From assembly GCA_036785375.1 (NCBI GenBank), contig JAWMAR010000471.1, positions 868,001 through 932,000 of the forward strand: 64,000 bases of DNA, read 5' to 3'. How positions within the stretch are numbered: position 1 is the first letter of the stretch; the number at the start of each line of letters is the position of its first letter. This DNA is from Leucoraja ocellata. Taxonomy: Eukaryota. The notes beneath the pieces were generated by a model. That model saw only the letters and a list, made by a program, of their open reading frames with translations, had not been told where the DNA came from and made no database searches. The position numbers were made by a program, and so were the translations under genes. Shown in pieces: positions 26,966-39,868 of the stretch.

Positions 26966-27376
26966 GTTGGTCTGCACTGTGCTTGAACTGAATTATAGGT
27001 CTGCACTGTGCTTGAACTGATTTATTGGTCAGTTCTACTGTACTTGAACAGAATTATTGGTCTACACTGTGCTTGAAGTTAACTATTGGTCTGCACTGTG
27101 CTTGAACTGTATTGTTGATCTGCACTGTGCCGGAAGAGAATTGTAGGTCTGCACTGTGCTTGATCTGAATTGTTGTTGTACACTGTGCTTGAACTGAATT
27201 GTTGGTCTACAATGTGCTTGAACACAATTGTTTGTTTGCAATGTGCTTGAAATTAATTGTTGGTCTGCACTGTGCTTGAAATGAAATATTGGTCTGCACT
27301 GCACTTGAACTTCATTGTTGGTCTGCACAGTGCTGGAACTGATTTGTTGGGCTGCACGGTGCTTGAACTGAAATGT
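26966..27376. repeat. 29-bp minisatellite, copy B (about 14 units)
   Basis: Same unit as 1703-2140; lacks the ...aacataagtgt unit. Confidence 0.93.
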
Positions 27377-29780
27377 CTTCACTGACCGGTTGCTGGCTAT
27401 TCAGCACAAATTGACCTCATGCAGTCGGCCAAGGCCCAGCCACGGTTTGTCCTAGTGGATTCACTACAGCGTTTTAATGTTTGCATAAATATTCCAGCAT
27501 ATGTAGTCTTTTGTATCTCAGCGATTTGCAAGACATTGTTTCATGTATTGTTGGTTTAGTTAACTTTCCCTGTGTGAAATATACTCGTTTTACCGTTGTA
27601 ATGTTGTAATCACTGCAACAGATGCGAAGCATGTTTTGAGTGTGGCCCAAATCCAGCACGTGCACCCAAGTGGTCAAGCAGAACCTCCGAAATGAAGAAG
27701 GGCGGATGGAGGAATTTGCATTTAGAGTCGGATTATTCTGGAGATTGTCAGCAGGTCTCGGGGCATTGGCGGAATAAAATGTACCCATTCGTCTTTGATC
27801 TCCTCTCAGGGATTCGGATTTCGGTAAAAAAAAACGCAGTTTGACCGCGGGGAACAATGGAGGAAGAGACTGATTTTGGTGCCTTCCCACACAGTGGGAA
27901 ACATTGATTCTGCTGTGTGGGGATGTTTTATGTCAAACCCTATAGTGTGTTGTGTCCCTTTTTTTATTGTATGGCTGTATGGGGATTTCATTTCACTGTG
28001 CCATCTGGCACATGTGATGAATAAATCTATCTTGTATCTTGTATCTTGTTCAGTATCGCATCGATCTACTCTGCTCCATTGAAGCCTCACGACTCTCCAC
28101 TATTTCATTCTATACTTCAGTGTCTCTTCTACGCTTTCCATTTTACGACACGTCTCCATGTAATGGCGTGAGAGGATCAGGGCGGAATACGTAAAGAGTT
28201 CCCTGCGAGTGTGTTAACAATTCTGGCATAACTTCTTTGTACTTCGCTTTTGTACTGTGGGCCCTTTAGCAGAAGTGATTTCAACAACCATTCGCCACTA
28301 GCCGCTTAATGACATACCATAGCGGAAGACAAATACTTGCTGACGGTATAAATTTTATTGGGGGTTCTCATCCTATGTCCGTTTATGTACCTACCCGTGC
28401 CTTACGATGCCTGCGCTAGATATGCATGTTCACACACTTCTACCAAACTCCCATCTAAGTCGTTGCTGTCAGACGTGTGCTCGTGCCATCCGAGCTACCG
28501 ACGAAATACCATTCTGCCTTTCTAAGCACCATTTGGGACGACGAGTGAGCTAACCGTCCGTTGTCAGCTCCCAATCGAATCTCGATTGTAACCATCTAGG
28601 CTATTTCAGTCGCATTTTGGAGACTTACAATTGTTATTACAAGACACGGCTTGTACTCGCTAGAATTTAGAAGATTGACGGGGGATCATGTAGAAATGTA
28701 CACCATTCTTAAGGGGTTGGACAGGCTAGATGCAGGAAGATTTTTCCTGATGTTGGGGAAGTCCAGAACAAGGGGTCACGGTTTACGGATAAGGGGGAAA
28801 TTTTTTAGGACCGAGGTGAGAAAACCATTTTTCACACAGAGAGTGGTGAATATCTGGAATTCTCTGCCACAGAAGGTAGTTCATTGGCTATACTTAAGAG
28901 GGAGTTTGATATGGCCCTTGTTGCTAAAGGGATCTGGGGGTATGGAGAGAAGGCAGGTACAGGATACTGAGTTGGATAATCAGGCATGATCATATTGAAT
29001 GGCGGTGCAGGCTCGAAGGGCCGAATGGCCTACTCTTGCACCTATTTTCTATGTGTCTGAGTTATTCAACCTGATCAAAATATGTGGCTACAGTGATTTT
29101 CTTACCGTCGTTAAATTGTTAGGTTAGAATATGGAATTTCGAATGAAGCACAAATGGATGAGTGAATTATCCAGCATGATAATCATGAAATAAATGTATA
29201 CTCTTTAATAAAACGTTAACACAAATACTTAGTACAGTAAAGAACCAACTGCCTCAAACTCTCCTTCGGTAAAACCATCGTTTTTTTTTCATTGTCTGCT
29301 TTGATCAGTTTGTGTCTCAAGAAAACAGCCACCCCAGTGGATGCAGGAGTACATTCTATTCTCAATAAGTAGTTAATAAACGCTGAGTTTGACAGCAAGA
29401 CCAAGAACATGGGTAACTCAGAAGCATCTACATTCCTTTTGTTTGCATCGGCCTCCTTTCTGTTTCTCTAGCGAGAATACTTTAAAAAGTATTTATCCCC
29501 CCATTGCACGAATGTTTCCCTTTTGCGAAGAAGTGGGTCTCCTAAATGAACAAGTTTGACTTCAATTTACTTTCAATGGAGAAGTGTTTTTTGTTTTCCA
29601 GATAGCTCGCCGAAAGCATGCAGTAACTACCAGAAATAGACAGAGTCAATACACCGTGTGAATTCTTCTCTGACTGCGTCTCCCACCCGCACGCAAGCTG
29701 CGAATTTCGCGGCCGCTGCCCAAGCCGCAATGAACGACATCCATCCACGAGACAGCAGCTGTGCGCTTGAAATTCTCACC

Positions 29781-29819
29781 AGTTATTGTACGGGTATGTA
29801 CACCATTCTCATCACTGTG
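29781..29819 (-). other. 23-RSS of V copy B
   Basis: CACAGTG-23 nt-ACAATAACT, identical to copy A. Confidence 0.95.
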
Positions 29820-30121
29820 ATCCACTGCGCAGTAATAAACTGCCGTATCAGTCAGACGCAGTGCCGAGATTGTCAATCGATATTTTTTCTCCGACTTTTG
29901 GACTGAGTCCGAAAAACGATTTTGAGCGAATTCAGCCTTCAGCTCAGAGCCACCGTTAATGTCTCGCCGGACCGCAAACTCGGGCTGCCCGCCAGGATAC
30001 TGCCGATACCAGTATAAGTAATAATTATCCTTAGTATAGGTACATGTGAAAGTGGCGCTTTGACCCTCCGTATGTGCGAGCGGACCCTGCTCTTGGTTGA
30101 CGGAATCTGAATGTACCAGAC
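29820..30121 (-). CDS. TCR alpha/delta V exon, copy B (open)
   Basis: GLVHSDSVNQEQGPLAHTEGQSATFTCTYTKDNYYLYWYRQYPGGQPEFAVRRDINGGSELKAEFAQNRFSDSVQKSEKKYRLTISALRLTDTAVYYCAVD followed by the RSS. Confidence 0.93.
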
Positions 30122-31241
30122 CTGGAACACATTAGAGCGAGTTAAGAATTAATGATACAAAGTAAACGCAAACGACTTTGGGGCTCTTCAACAAAATTAG
30201 GCAACAATAAGAGCACACTATTCCTGTCGAAGCAAATTGAGTTTGACCGTCTGGAAATCCTACATAAATATTCACTATTACCAAAACCAATGCCAATGTT
30301 GCATCTCATTCTACGCTTTAATGCCGCTCTCCACTGAAACATGTTTATAGGTTTTGTAATATACTGTGTTGAGTTCCACTTTCATTTGTAAAATCGTTTT
30401 TTATAACCATATATAACCATATAACAATTACAGCACGGAAAACAGGCCATTTCGGCCATAGCCCTCCATTCCTTTCCCATCCATATACCTATCCAATTTA
30501 TTTTTAAATGATAAAATCGAACCTGCCTCCACCAATTCCACTGGAAGCTCATTCCACACAGCTACCACTCTCTGAGCAATTAAGTTCCCCCTCATGTTAC
30601 CCCTAAACTTATGTCCCTTAATTCTCAAGTCATGTCCTCTTGTTTGAATCTTCCCTACTCTCAATGGGAAACGTTTATCCACGTCAACTCTGTCTATCCC
30701 TCTCATCATTTTACAGACCTCTATCAGGTCCCCCCTTAACCTTCTGCGCTCCAACGAATAAAGGCCTAACTTGTTCAACCTTTCTCTGTAACTTAGTTGC
30801 TGAAACCCAGGCAACATTCTATTAACTCTCCTCTGTGCTCTCTCTATTTTGTTGACATCCTTCCTATAATTAGGCGACCAAAATTGTACACCATACTCCA
30901 GAATTGGCCTCACCAATGCCTTGTACAATTTAATCCTCTGTATCATTTGTATACGCATCATTCATCTATTATGTGACAATTCTTCAGTGGTACGACCGTG
31001 TTATGTGTCCTCTGTAGGAAGTGACTACTTGGCCTTTACTATCCCGATGACATTTATCTCAAAATATGCTTTTCGCCAAACTATTAGTTCCCATTTCTTA
31101 ATGGGGTCGCGGACAACACACGATGTCATATTTCAATAACAAGTGAATGACCAAACCGTTCGATGTTTAACTCCTTGGATCTTCATGCAGTCAGGCACTT
31201 GCTCTGGAAATGCAACTGTTTAGAGAAATCGCTCTTCTTAC

Positions 31242-31287
31242 CGACAAAGAATGTCACCCACGCCACCGCATGTGGCAGGAGATGCAT
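31242..31287 (-). CDS. Leader exon of TCR V copy B
   Basis: MHLLPHAVAWVTFFV+G|GTAAGA. Confidence 0.85.
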
Positions 31288-31379
31288 GTTTGATGACCCT
31301 GGCTGCAAGAAATCTGTCTGTCTGTGATACCCGCAGAGCGTCCGTCTGACAGCCCTGCGAGCACTGGCTGACACTGGCA

Positions 31380-31393
31380 TGACGTCACTTCCT
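31380..31393 (-). promoter_or_regulatory. ETS-CRE composite element in V promoter
   Basis: AGGAAGTGACGTCA about 95 bp upstream of the leader ATG; CRE elements are typical of TCR V promoters. Confidence 0.65.
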
Positions 31394-33639
31394 ACAGCAA
31401 ACCCATCTAAGAGAGCGAACAATGCGGGGTTCGGCGTCACTCTCATAAGTAACGAAACGTGTTTAATGTAGACAACTCAACCTGGATGTGTTGTTATATA
31501 TGAATATGAAAGAGAAGACAGTTTGAATGCTATCCTACCGATAAATCAATGGGAATACTCATAGAAACATAGAACACATAGAAAATAGGTGCAGGAGGCC
31601 ATTCGGCCCTTCGAGCCACCACCCCCATTCATTGTGATCATGGCTGATCGTCCCCTATCAATAACCCGTGCCTGCCTTCTCCCCATATCCCTTGACTCCA
31701 CTAGCCCCTAGAGCTCTATCTCACTCTCGCTTAAATCCATCCAGTGATTAGGCCTCCACTGCCCTCTGTGGCAGGGAATTCCACAAATTCACAACTCTCT
31801 GGGTGAAAAAAGTTTTTTTCTCACCTCAGCCTTAAATGTCCTCCCCTTTATTCTAAGACGGTGCCCCCTGGTTCTGGACTCGCCCAACATTGGGAACATG
31901 TTTCCTGCATCTAACTTGCCCAGTCCTTTTATAATATTAAATAGTTCTCCTGGAGTGTCTCCTACGAGTCACTGTTGAATCTGCATTACCACCAGAGTCG
32001 AGTTGACCTCTACTCACTGCAGGTCAGCTCCAGGTGACATTAGTGAGGACCTGAACAATCAATAACCGGGTAGACCCCCCCCCCCCCCCCCCCCCCCCGA
32101 GAGAGTACGGGCTTTGATTCTCGCCATCCCGCCACACAGTGGACAAACCAAATAAGTAGTGTTAAAATGAGCCTCAATATGGTTTTACTTGCAGTAAAAT
32201 AGGGAAGAATGACTCCTGTTTATAAGAATGAGGGTTTATCACGGTTTCCGCTTGAGTACAAGCATTTAGTTTTTGTTTAGTTTCGTGATAGTGCGCGGAA
32301 ACACGCCCATCGGATCACCGAGCCCACGCCCACCAACAATCCCCGCAGCTAAACACTATCCTACGCACGCTTGGAACAATTTACAATTACTTTTTAAATG
32401 TTTTTATTATTCATATTTTTATTAGAAGCAATGCACAGTAATATAAACCGTGGCATATAACATAATACATTTCGTGTACAACTTCTTGTTTTAAATTAAA
32501 CAATAGAGAAATAACCGCAGAAAGAGAAAGAGAAAATACAAAAGTAAGGAAAATAGTGATGTGTAAACTCCTGGAGTGCCACTACAGGAGTTAACAGTTG
32601 ATAGTTTGTGGAAGGATAGAGAGGAAGAACCCATAAAGATGTTAAAAAAAACAGAACAGAAAAGAAAAGGGATATACCTACTTCATATCTTTCCAAACCC
32701 ATCGCCCAGTTGTGAAACGGTTAGTTTCCAGAGTTATGTTGCGCCATATTATACTTGTAAGAAATCGATGAAAGGAGACCATATCTTTAAGAATTGCTCT
32801 GATTTTCCATTTACATTACAAGCAAACCAAGCAACGTGCAGACCTGTACGCCTTTGGAGTGTGGGGGGGAAATCGAAGATCTCGTGGAAAACCCCACGCA
32901 GCTCACGGGGTCCGAACGGACGGCACACGTGGTAAAGTTTCTCAGTGAGAGATTCGGAGGCATTTCGTGGGAACAGTAGACACGTTATAAGCTTCAACCC
33001 TTGTCAAGTGATTTTTTTCCAGCGTTCTGTTCACATATCTTTATTACTCAAGATTACTCTGCTGAATAGTGGATGCTGGCGTACGTCACCCGGGAGGAAA
33101 ACTGCCGGAGGGCTGCGTCACTCTCAGACACCTCTTCCTACTTGGGCCATGATCGCACAGACAAGCACCAGGCCTTAAACCCCCTTTTCACGGTGCGACT
33201 TGACGCAAGAGGTAACCAGAGTTTGACATCGTGGGAACCTCGTGCGTTAACAATACGGCATTCGTGGACTACCGTGGCGCTAACGGCATGTAATCGTGTA
33301 CCTTGGGTACTCGGGAGAAAATTCAAACATGTTTGAATTTGTCCAAGAGTGTCTTGTGCACTTGTGGTTAAGCATTGCAACATTTTATGAACGAAGTGTC
33401 CCGTGCGATATCGGTAGTAACTCTTGCGGTCACCGTGGGAACTCCTGCCAACGGTGAACCCGGAAGTTGGATAGAGTGAATCCAGCCAGTTTGCTATTTA
33501 CATACAAATCTAATAAAACTAGCTAAGCGTTTCATTAATGTCAGTGTGTCTCTTTTTGTCTGAAAGATGGGGGTGTCTTCATTTACTGGCGGTGGGTGTC
33601 TGTCACTGAAACAGGCAGGTAAGATTTCGCATCCACCTT

Positions 33640-33714
33640 GTCTCTCTCTCTCCCTCCCTCTCACACAGGCGTGAATGGATGAACTCCGCGGGCCAGACAG
33701 CATTTACGGAGAGA

Positions 33715-33753
<39 letters not shown>

Positions 33754-34268
33754 GCAGTCCTGGTCAGGCGTTTGAAGATAGACACCAGTTGCTTGGAGCA
33801 ACTCAGCGGGACAGGCAGCATCTCTGGAGAGAAGGAACGTAAATGCTGCCTGGCCCGCGGAGTTCCTCCATTCATGCCTGTGTGAGAGTGAGGGAGGGAG
33901 AGTGTGAAGAAGGCTCTCGACCCGAAACGCCACCCGTTCCTTCTCTCCAGAGATGCTGCCTGTCCCGCTGAGTTGCTCCAAGCCTCTCTCCCCCCCCCCC
34001 CCCCCCCCCCCTCACCCCAACTCTCACCCACACACGCGAATGCTGGAGAAACTCAGCGGGTGCAGCAGCATCTATGGAACGAAGGAAATAGACAACGTTC
34101 CGCTGAGTTTCTCCAGCATTCGCGTGTGTGGGTGGGAGTTGGGGTGAGGGGGGGGGGGGGAGACATAAGGCAGCCTGAAGAATGGGTCGCTGTTCATTTC
34201 TCTCCGTAGATGCTGCCTGTCCCGCGGAGTTCATCCATTCATGCCTGTGTGAGAGAGAGAGAGGGAGA

Positions 34269-34306
<38 letters not shown>

Positions 34307-34590
34307 CAGTCCTGGTCAGTCCTTTGAAGATAGACACCAGTTGCTTGGAGCAACTCAGCGGGACAGGCAGCATCTCTGGAGAGAAGGAACGTAAATGCTG
34401 CCTGGCCCGCGGAGTTCCTCCATTCATGCCTGTGTGAGAGAGAGGGAGGGGGAGAGAGAGAGAGAGAGAGAGAGGCAGTCCTGGTCAGTCCTTTGAAGAT
34501 AGACACCAGTTGCTTGGAGCAACTCAGCGGGACAGGCAGCATCTCTGGAGAGAAGGAACGGGTGGCGTTTCGGGCTGAAAGTTTCTTCAG
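33640..34590. repeat. Mosaic of tandem and inverted short-repeat fragments with (GA)n and poly-C/G tracts
   Basis: The block gaggcagtcctggtcag...gagaaggaacg occurs three times, and the gcatgaatgga/gctgcctgtcccg blocks occur in both orientations. Confidence 0.8.
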
Positions 34591-35399
34591 ACTGAAAGTT
34601 TCACCTCTCAGTAGATCATAAAATAACACAATAATCACGGTCAATGTGAGATACAGTCTTTATTCATATTTGACAAAATAAAAAGACGACTTCTTGCACA
34701 TATTGAGAGAAGGTGCATCACACCAAACAACATTTGTCTAAAAAAACAGATTATTCTTCAGCTCATTAAAGAGCTCGGGTGAAAAAAACGAATAGAGTGT
34801 GTGACAACAAAGTAACATCATTTGTGCCACGTGATTAACTACACTACAGTCCACGATGTTCATTCGGGAAAGATCGGGAGACGGACAAGTCACTCGCACA
34901 AATGACAGAATTGCCGAGTACCGTGGGAACTCTTTACTCTACCCCCGTTATATCGTGTGATATCGTGCTAGACCACGACCACTCAACTCTGGCTACATCT
35001 TGCGTCAAGTCGCCCCGTGTAAACTAGCCATTAATCTCACACACCATTTCTAATTTCAGCACTTCTGGCGGTCTGCATTTCGCAGCCTCCAAACTTATCG
35101 TTCCCAGCCCCGCAGTGCCCGATTTTGCCTGCTCACCAAAGTCCACTACCACAACTGTCCATTGTTTCCGCCTGCTCCTGTCCCAGGAGAATGATTTCCA
35201 CGTACTTCGACTCCATCCTATCACCCCTCGTACAGTCTCTCGCGCCCTTTGTCCAAGATACCTCACATGGCTTTCGTCTCTTTCCGAGCCCCCACGTTAT
35301 GATGGACGTTCAGTCACTCTACACGTCCACTTCCCACCAAGAATGCCTCAGTTTCTCCCTCCACCGCAGAACCATCAGATTTCCTTCTAGCTAGATGCA

Positions 35400-36300
35400 G
35401 GAAAAATATCCCCCATATTGGGCGAGTCCAGAACCAGGGGCCACAGCCTTAGAATAAAGGGGATGTCATTTAAGACTGAGGTGAGCAAAAACCTTTTCAG
35501 CTAGAGAGTTGTGAATTGATGGGATTCCCTGCCACAGAGGGCAGTGGAGGCCAAATCACTTGATGGATTTAAGAGATGGTTAGATCGAGCTCAATCGGCT
35601 AGTGGAGTCAAGGGATATGGGAAGAAGGCAGGCCGGGTTATTGATACGGGATGATCAGCCAAGATCACAATGAATGGCGGTGCTGGCTCCAAGGGCAGAA
35701 TGGCCTCTACCTGCACATCTAACTCCCTCTTAAATATAGCCAATGAACTGGCCTCAACTATATTCTGTGGCAGAGAATTCCAGAGATTCACCACTCCCTG
35801 TGTAAAACATGTTTTTCTCATCTCCGTCTTAAAAGATTTCCCCTTTATCCTTAATCTGTGACCATTTTTTCTGGACTTCCCCAACATCGGGAACAATCTT
35901 CCTGCATTTAGCCTGTCCAACCCATAAGAATGTTGTAAGTTTCTATAAGATCCCCCTCAATCTTCTAAATTCTTGCGGGTACAAGCCGAGTCTATCCAGT
36001 CTTTCTTCATATGAAAGTCCTGACATCCTGAAAATCAGTCTGGTGAACATTCTCTGTACTCCCTCTATGGCAAGAATGTCCTACCTCAGATCAATAGACT
36101 AAAACTGTACGCAATACTCCACGTGTTGTCTCACCAAGACCCTGTACAATTACAGTAGAACCTCCCTGCTCCTATACTCAAATATTTTGCTATGAACGCT
36201 AACATGTCATTCGCTTTCTTCACTGCATGCCTACTTCCAATGACTGTGTACCATGACACCCAGGTCTCGTTGCAACTCCTCTTTTCCTAATCGGCCACCT
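35400..36300. mobile_element. Two CR1 3' fragments joined tail-to-tail
   Basis: Plus fragment 35390-35715 abuts minus fragment 35715-36300 (ORF 35591..35920). Confidence 0.8.
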
Positions 36301-36414
36301 TCACTATACCGTTCCGCGCTCCTCAGAGACGGTACCTCCATAACTCCCTGGTTAACTCATCACTTCCCACACAACCCCCCCCCCCCCCCCCCCCCCCCAC
36401 CTCCCTCCTCAGGT

Positions 36415-36830
36415 AACGTCCCCTCCAAGCGCAGAAGATGCAACTCCTGCCGCTGTACCTCCTTCCTCGACTCTGTCCAAGGACCGCGAAAGTCCCTTCA
36501 GGTTAGGCAGAGGTTCACTTGCAGCTCTTGCAAGCTAATTTACGGTATACGTTGTTTTAGATTAGGACTCTTATACATCGGCGAGACCAAACGCACTGTG
36601 GACGTTAGTTTTGCGGAACACATTCGCTTAGCCTGCCTGAACGTAAACATTCTCCCCGTTGCGGGACACTTTAATTCTCCTTCCCATTCCTACACAGATC
36701 TTTCTGTCCTCGGTCTCCTCCATTGTCATAGTGAGGCTACACGCAAATTGGAGGAAAAGCATCTCATAGTTCGCTTGGGCAGCTCACAGCCCCGTGATAT
36801 GACTATTGATTTCTCTCCCGTCAGGTAGCC
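36415..36830 (+). mobile_element. Penelope-like GIY-YIG endonuclease fragment
   Basis: RCNSC...LIYGIRC...LYIGETKRT...FAEH...VAGHFNSPSH...RKLEEKHLIVRLGS. Confidence 0.85.
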
Positions 36831-37643
36831 CCGGCATTCCCTCTCAACACCACCCCCCACCCAAGCCACATTTGCTTTTCATTTTCTCGCTACAAACATC
36901 TAACAATGGCCTGTTTCCTATATAATTGTAACTTTTTTGCATATATTTAATTCATTGTTTTTTATCTCTCCACATCACCGGCTATATCTCTCGTTCCCCT
37001 TATCCCTAACCAGTCTGAAGAAGGGTATCGAGCCGAAACGTCACCCATTCCTTCTCTCCATCGATGTTGCCTGTCACGCTGAGTTACTCCAGCTTTTTGA
37101 GCCAAACCTCGGTTTAAACCAGCATAATACGGACAGGTAGCAGTGATCCCTACGTAAACGTCGGTGATGGCTTACGGCCCCGGCCGCTGGATGGCGCATT
37201 TCCCCCTCAATACCAAAAAGTTACATGAAGCATTAAAATAAAACTCTATGTTAAAGGATAAAGCAAATATGTGCAGGATTAGGCAATTCGGCCCTTCGAG
37301 CCAACACCGCCATTAAATAAGATCATGGCTGATCATCCAAAATCAGGACCCTGTTCCAGCTTTCCCCCCACATTTTGATTCCGATTGCGATTCCGACTAG
37401 AGTGTCCATAGAGCTTCATCTAGCCGATGCGCTATTTATGATTACACGCACGACTTCATATTTAACAATTACAAGAGTGCAAATTTCAAATCCAAACTAG
37501 CACGTGATCAGTGTCATTAGGAATACGGTTAATTGTTCCAGCCACTTTCAGTTGCGCTATAATTAGCCCGAGTCTGAGATGATTCGGCAACAGTTGCAAC
37601 CACCGTCATACAGAGCACGGACGCCATTTGAGCACGCAACAGA

Positions 37644-39868
37644 ATGCGTTGGCATGCGATACGGAACGTAGAATCGTGGTATTATCCAATTCTTGCTGCA
37701 ATTGGGGTTTTGGGTAAGTCTTCGTGAGCACATTTCGTCGAATGAACAACATGCCATACCATGCGCGTTTGTATTGTGTGTGTAGAAGAGAAATGCAAAA
37801 GGGAAAGAAAATGTTGGCGATGGGAGAGCAAGATATATCACCGCTGATGGAAATGAGTTAAGTTTCGACGTCAATTATTGTTCCTCAGTGTTAAGGTAAT
37901 ATCACCTTCAATTTCTTTCCAACGGCAAAATTATTCTCGCATTGCATGAGTCGACGACATGTGTTGGAATGAACGGCAGATGCTGATGTCAACCGAAGAG
38001 ATACAAAATGCTGGAGTACATCAGTGGGGCAGGCAGGATCTCTGGATCACCATCTTCTGAAGAAGGGTCTCGACCCGAAACTTCACCCATTCCTTCTTTC
38101 CGGAATGCTGCCTGTCCCACTGAGTTACATTAACATTTGTCATTCGTCTACCTACGCATTTGGAAGTATTTTATTTCTTCTTTGCATTTATTTATTCTTT
38201 ACGCAGCCAATGACTAGAAATAGTACACCCAAGAAGAGGGAGTTGTAGATTTGTTGAGCTGTATAATAATATTCGTAAACGATATCGAAATGGCTTGTAT
38301 AAATTGCAGCACAAATCGGACTGGGAGAGGCAAGAATATCTCTGCAAACATTTTTCTCAACTGAACCCCCACCGTGTCACTGCTTGAATTGGTGCCTCGC
38401 AGTTTAAATCCAGCGAATGGCAGACAACTAAATGATGCGCATTTCATTTAACGTTGCTGGCTTTCTGTGGACTCAGCACTTGATTAAGCCTCAATAGACA
38501 ATAAACAATGGACAATATGTGCAGGAATAAGCCGTTCGGCCATTCAATGTGATCACGGCTGATCATGCTCAATCAGCACCCCGTTCCTGCCTTCTCACCA
38601 TATCCCTTGACTCCGCTATCTGTAAGAGCCCTATCTAGTTCTCTCTTGAAGATATCCTGAGAACCGGACTCCACCGTCCTCTGAGGCAGAGAATTCCATA
38701 GGCCTCCTGCCCTAATGCATCTCCAAAATTTAATCTAGCTGTCTTGAGTCACCGAGTGGACTCGGCACAAGGACGCTAATTTGAGGAAGGACATTTTTGC
38801 TATTGAGGGAGTGCAGCGTAGGTTTACAAAGCTATTTCCTGGGATGTCGGGACTGTCATATGGAGAGAATGGAGCAGCTGGGCTTGTACACTGCATATTT
38901 ATTGTTATATACAGTAAATAATATCATATACATATATTGTTTTTGTTCTGTTTTAGTCAACCTAGTGGCGCTTGTGATACTGTCCCGAGGAAAGTGCGGT
39001 CTATCCAAATGCATCACTCGTTACCTGGTGGCCATGACAGCAGCGGATCTCTCCGTTATAATCTGCAATGTGATATTGTATCGGGTGGCCGAAATGTATT
39101 GGCCGGACACTTTCTTACTCAACCTTTATGTCTGTAGATTCGTGCACTTCCTGGCTCATGCGGCATTAGACTGCTCAGTTTGGTTCACGGTCGCCTTTAC
39201 TTTCGACCGGTTTGTGGCCATTTCCACGCAGCATCTAAAATCAAAATATTGCACCAAGAGGTCCGCGACTGTGATTATAGTCACAATGAGCGCAGGCTTC
39301 TGCTTAAAGAACATTCCCTGGGCCTTCTCCTATGTTCCATACTACAGAACAAATGTGCCAGATTGGGGTTGCCTGATAGCGTCACAATTCTATCTCTGGA
39401 CACCATGGATTGCATTTTCTTGGACTGAACAGTTGTGAACTCCAGTTATCCCACTTCTGCTTGATTTTGCTGTTCAACGCGCTTACTATCAGACGCATTT
39501 TACGGGCGAGTCGGATCCGCAGGATGCTCCATGATCCAAGCAACGGAGAGAAAGGAAAAGACGAGGAGATGAGTAACCGTAGGCGGTCCATCGTTTTACT
39601 AATTTCAATCTCCATGAGTTTTATTCTGCTCTGGGCCGCAACTCTCGTGCATTTTGTTATCTTTCGCGTTATCGCGGCTTTCAAACGTAGGGGTGACGGT
39701 AATCCAATTTCGATTTTGCAACACACTGCGATCATGCTTCAGCTGCTGAGTTCCTGCACGAACAATGCTATTTACACCGTGACGCAAAGGAAGTTCAGAC
39801 TAGAGCTATTCCGAGCCCTGAACTACCCCTTGCTGACATTGCTGAAACGGCAGATAACGGCAGATTAA
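37644..39868 (+). pseudogene. GPR139-like GPCR pseudogene; exons 37644-37713 and 38957-39868
   Basis: Exon 1 MRWHAIRNVESWYYPILAAIGVL+G|GTAAGT; acceptor ttttag|TC AAC CTA. In-frame TGA at 39436-39438 and a +1 frameshift near 39454 in TM5; the C-terminal half is in ORF 39410..39868. Confidence 0.88.

Larger units (their letters stand above)
25266..32707. repeat. Segmental duplication copy B
   Basis: Collinear with 1-8002 apart from the 5741-6273 insertion in A and one minisatellite unit. Confidence 0.97.

Noticed and set aside
38797-38956. N-terminal part of ORF 38797..39438 as the GPCR N-terminus
   Set aside because: It is CR1-derived and intronic. The real exon 1 is 37644-37713 and the acceptor is at 38956.
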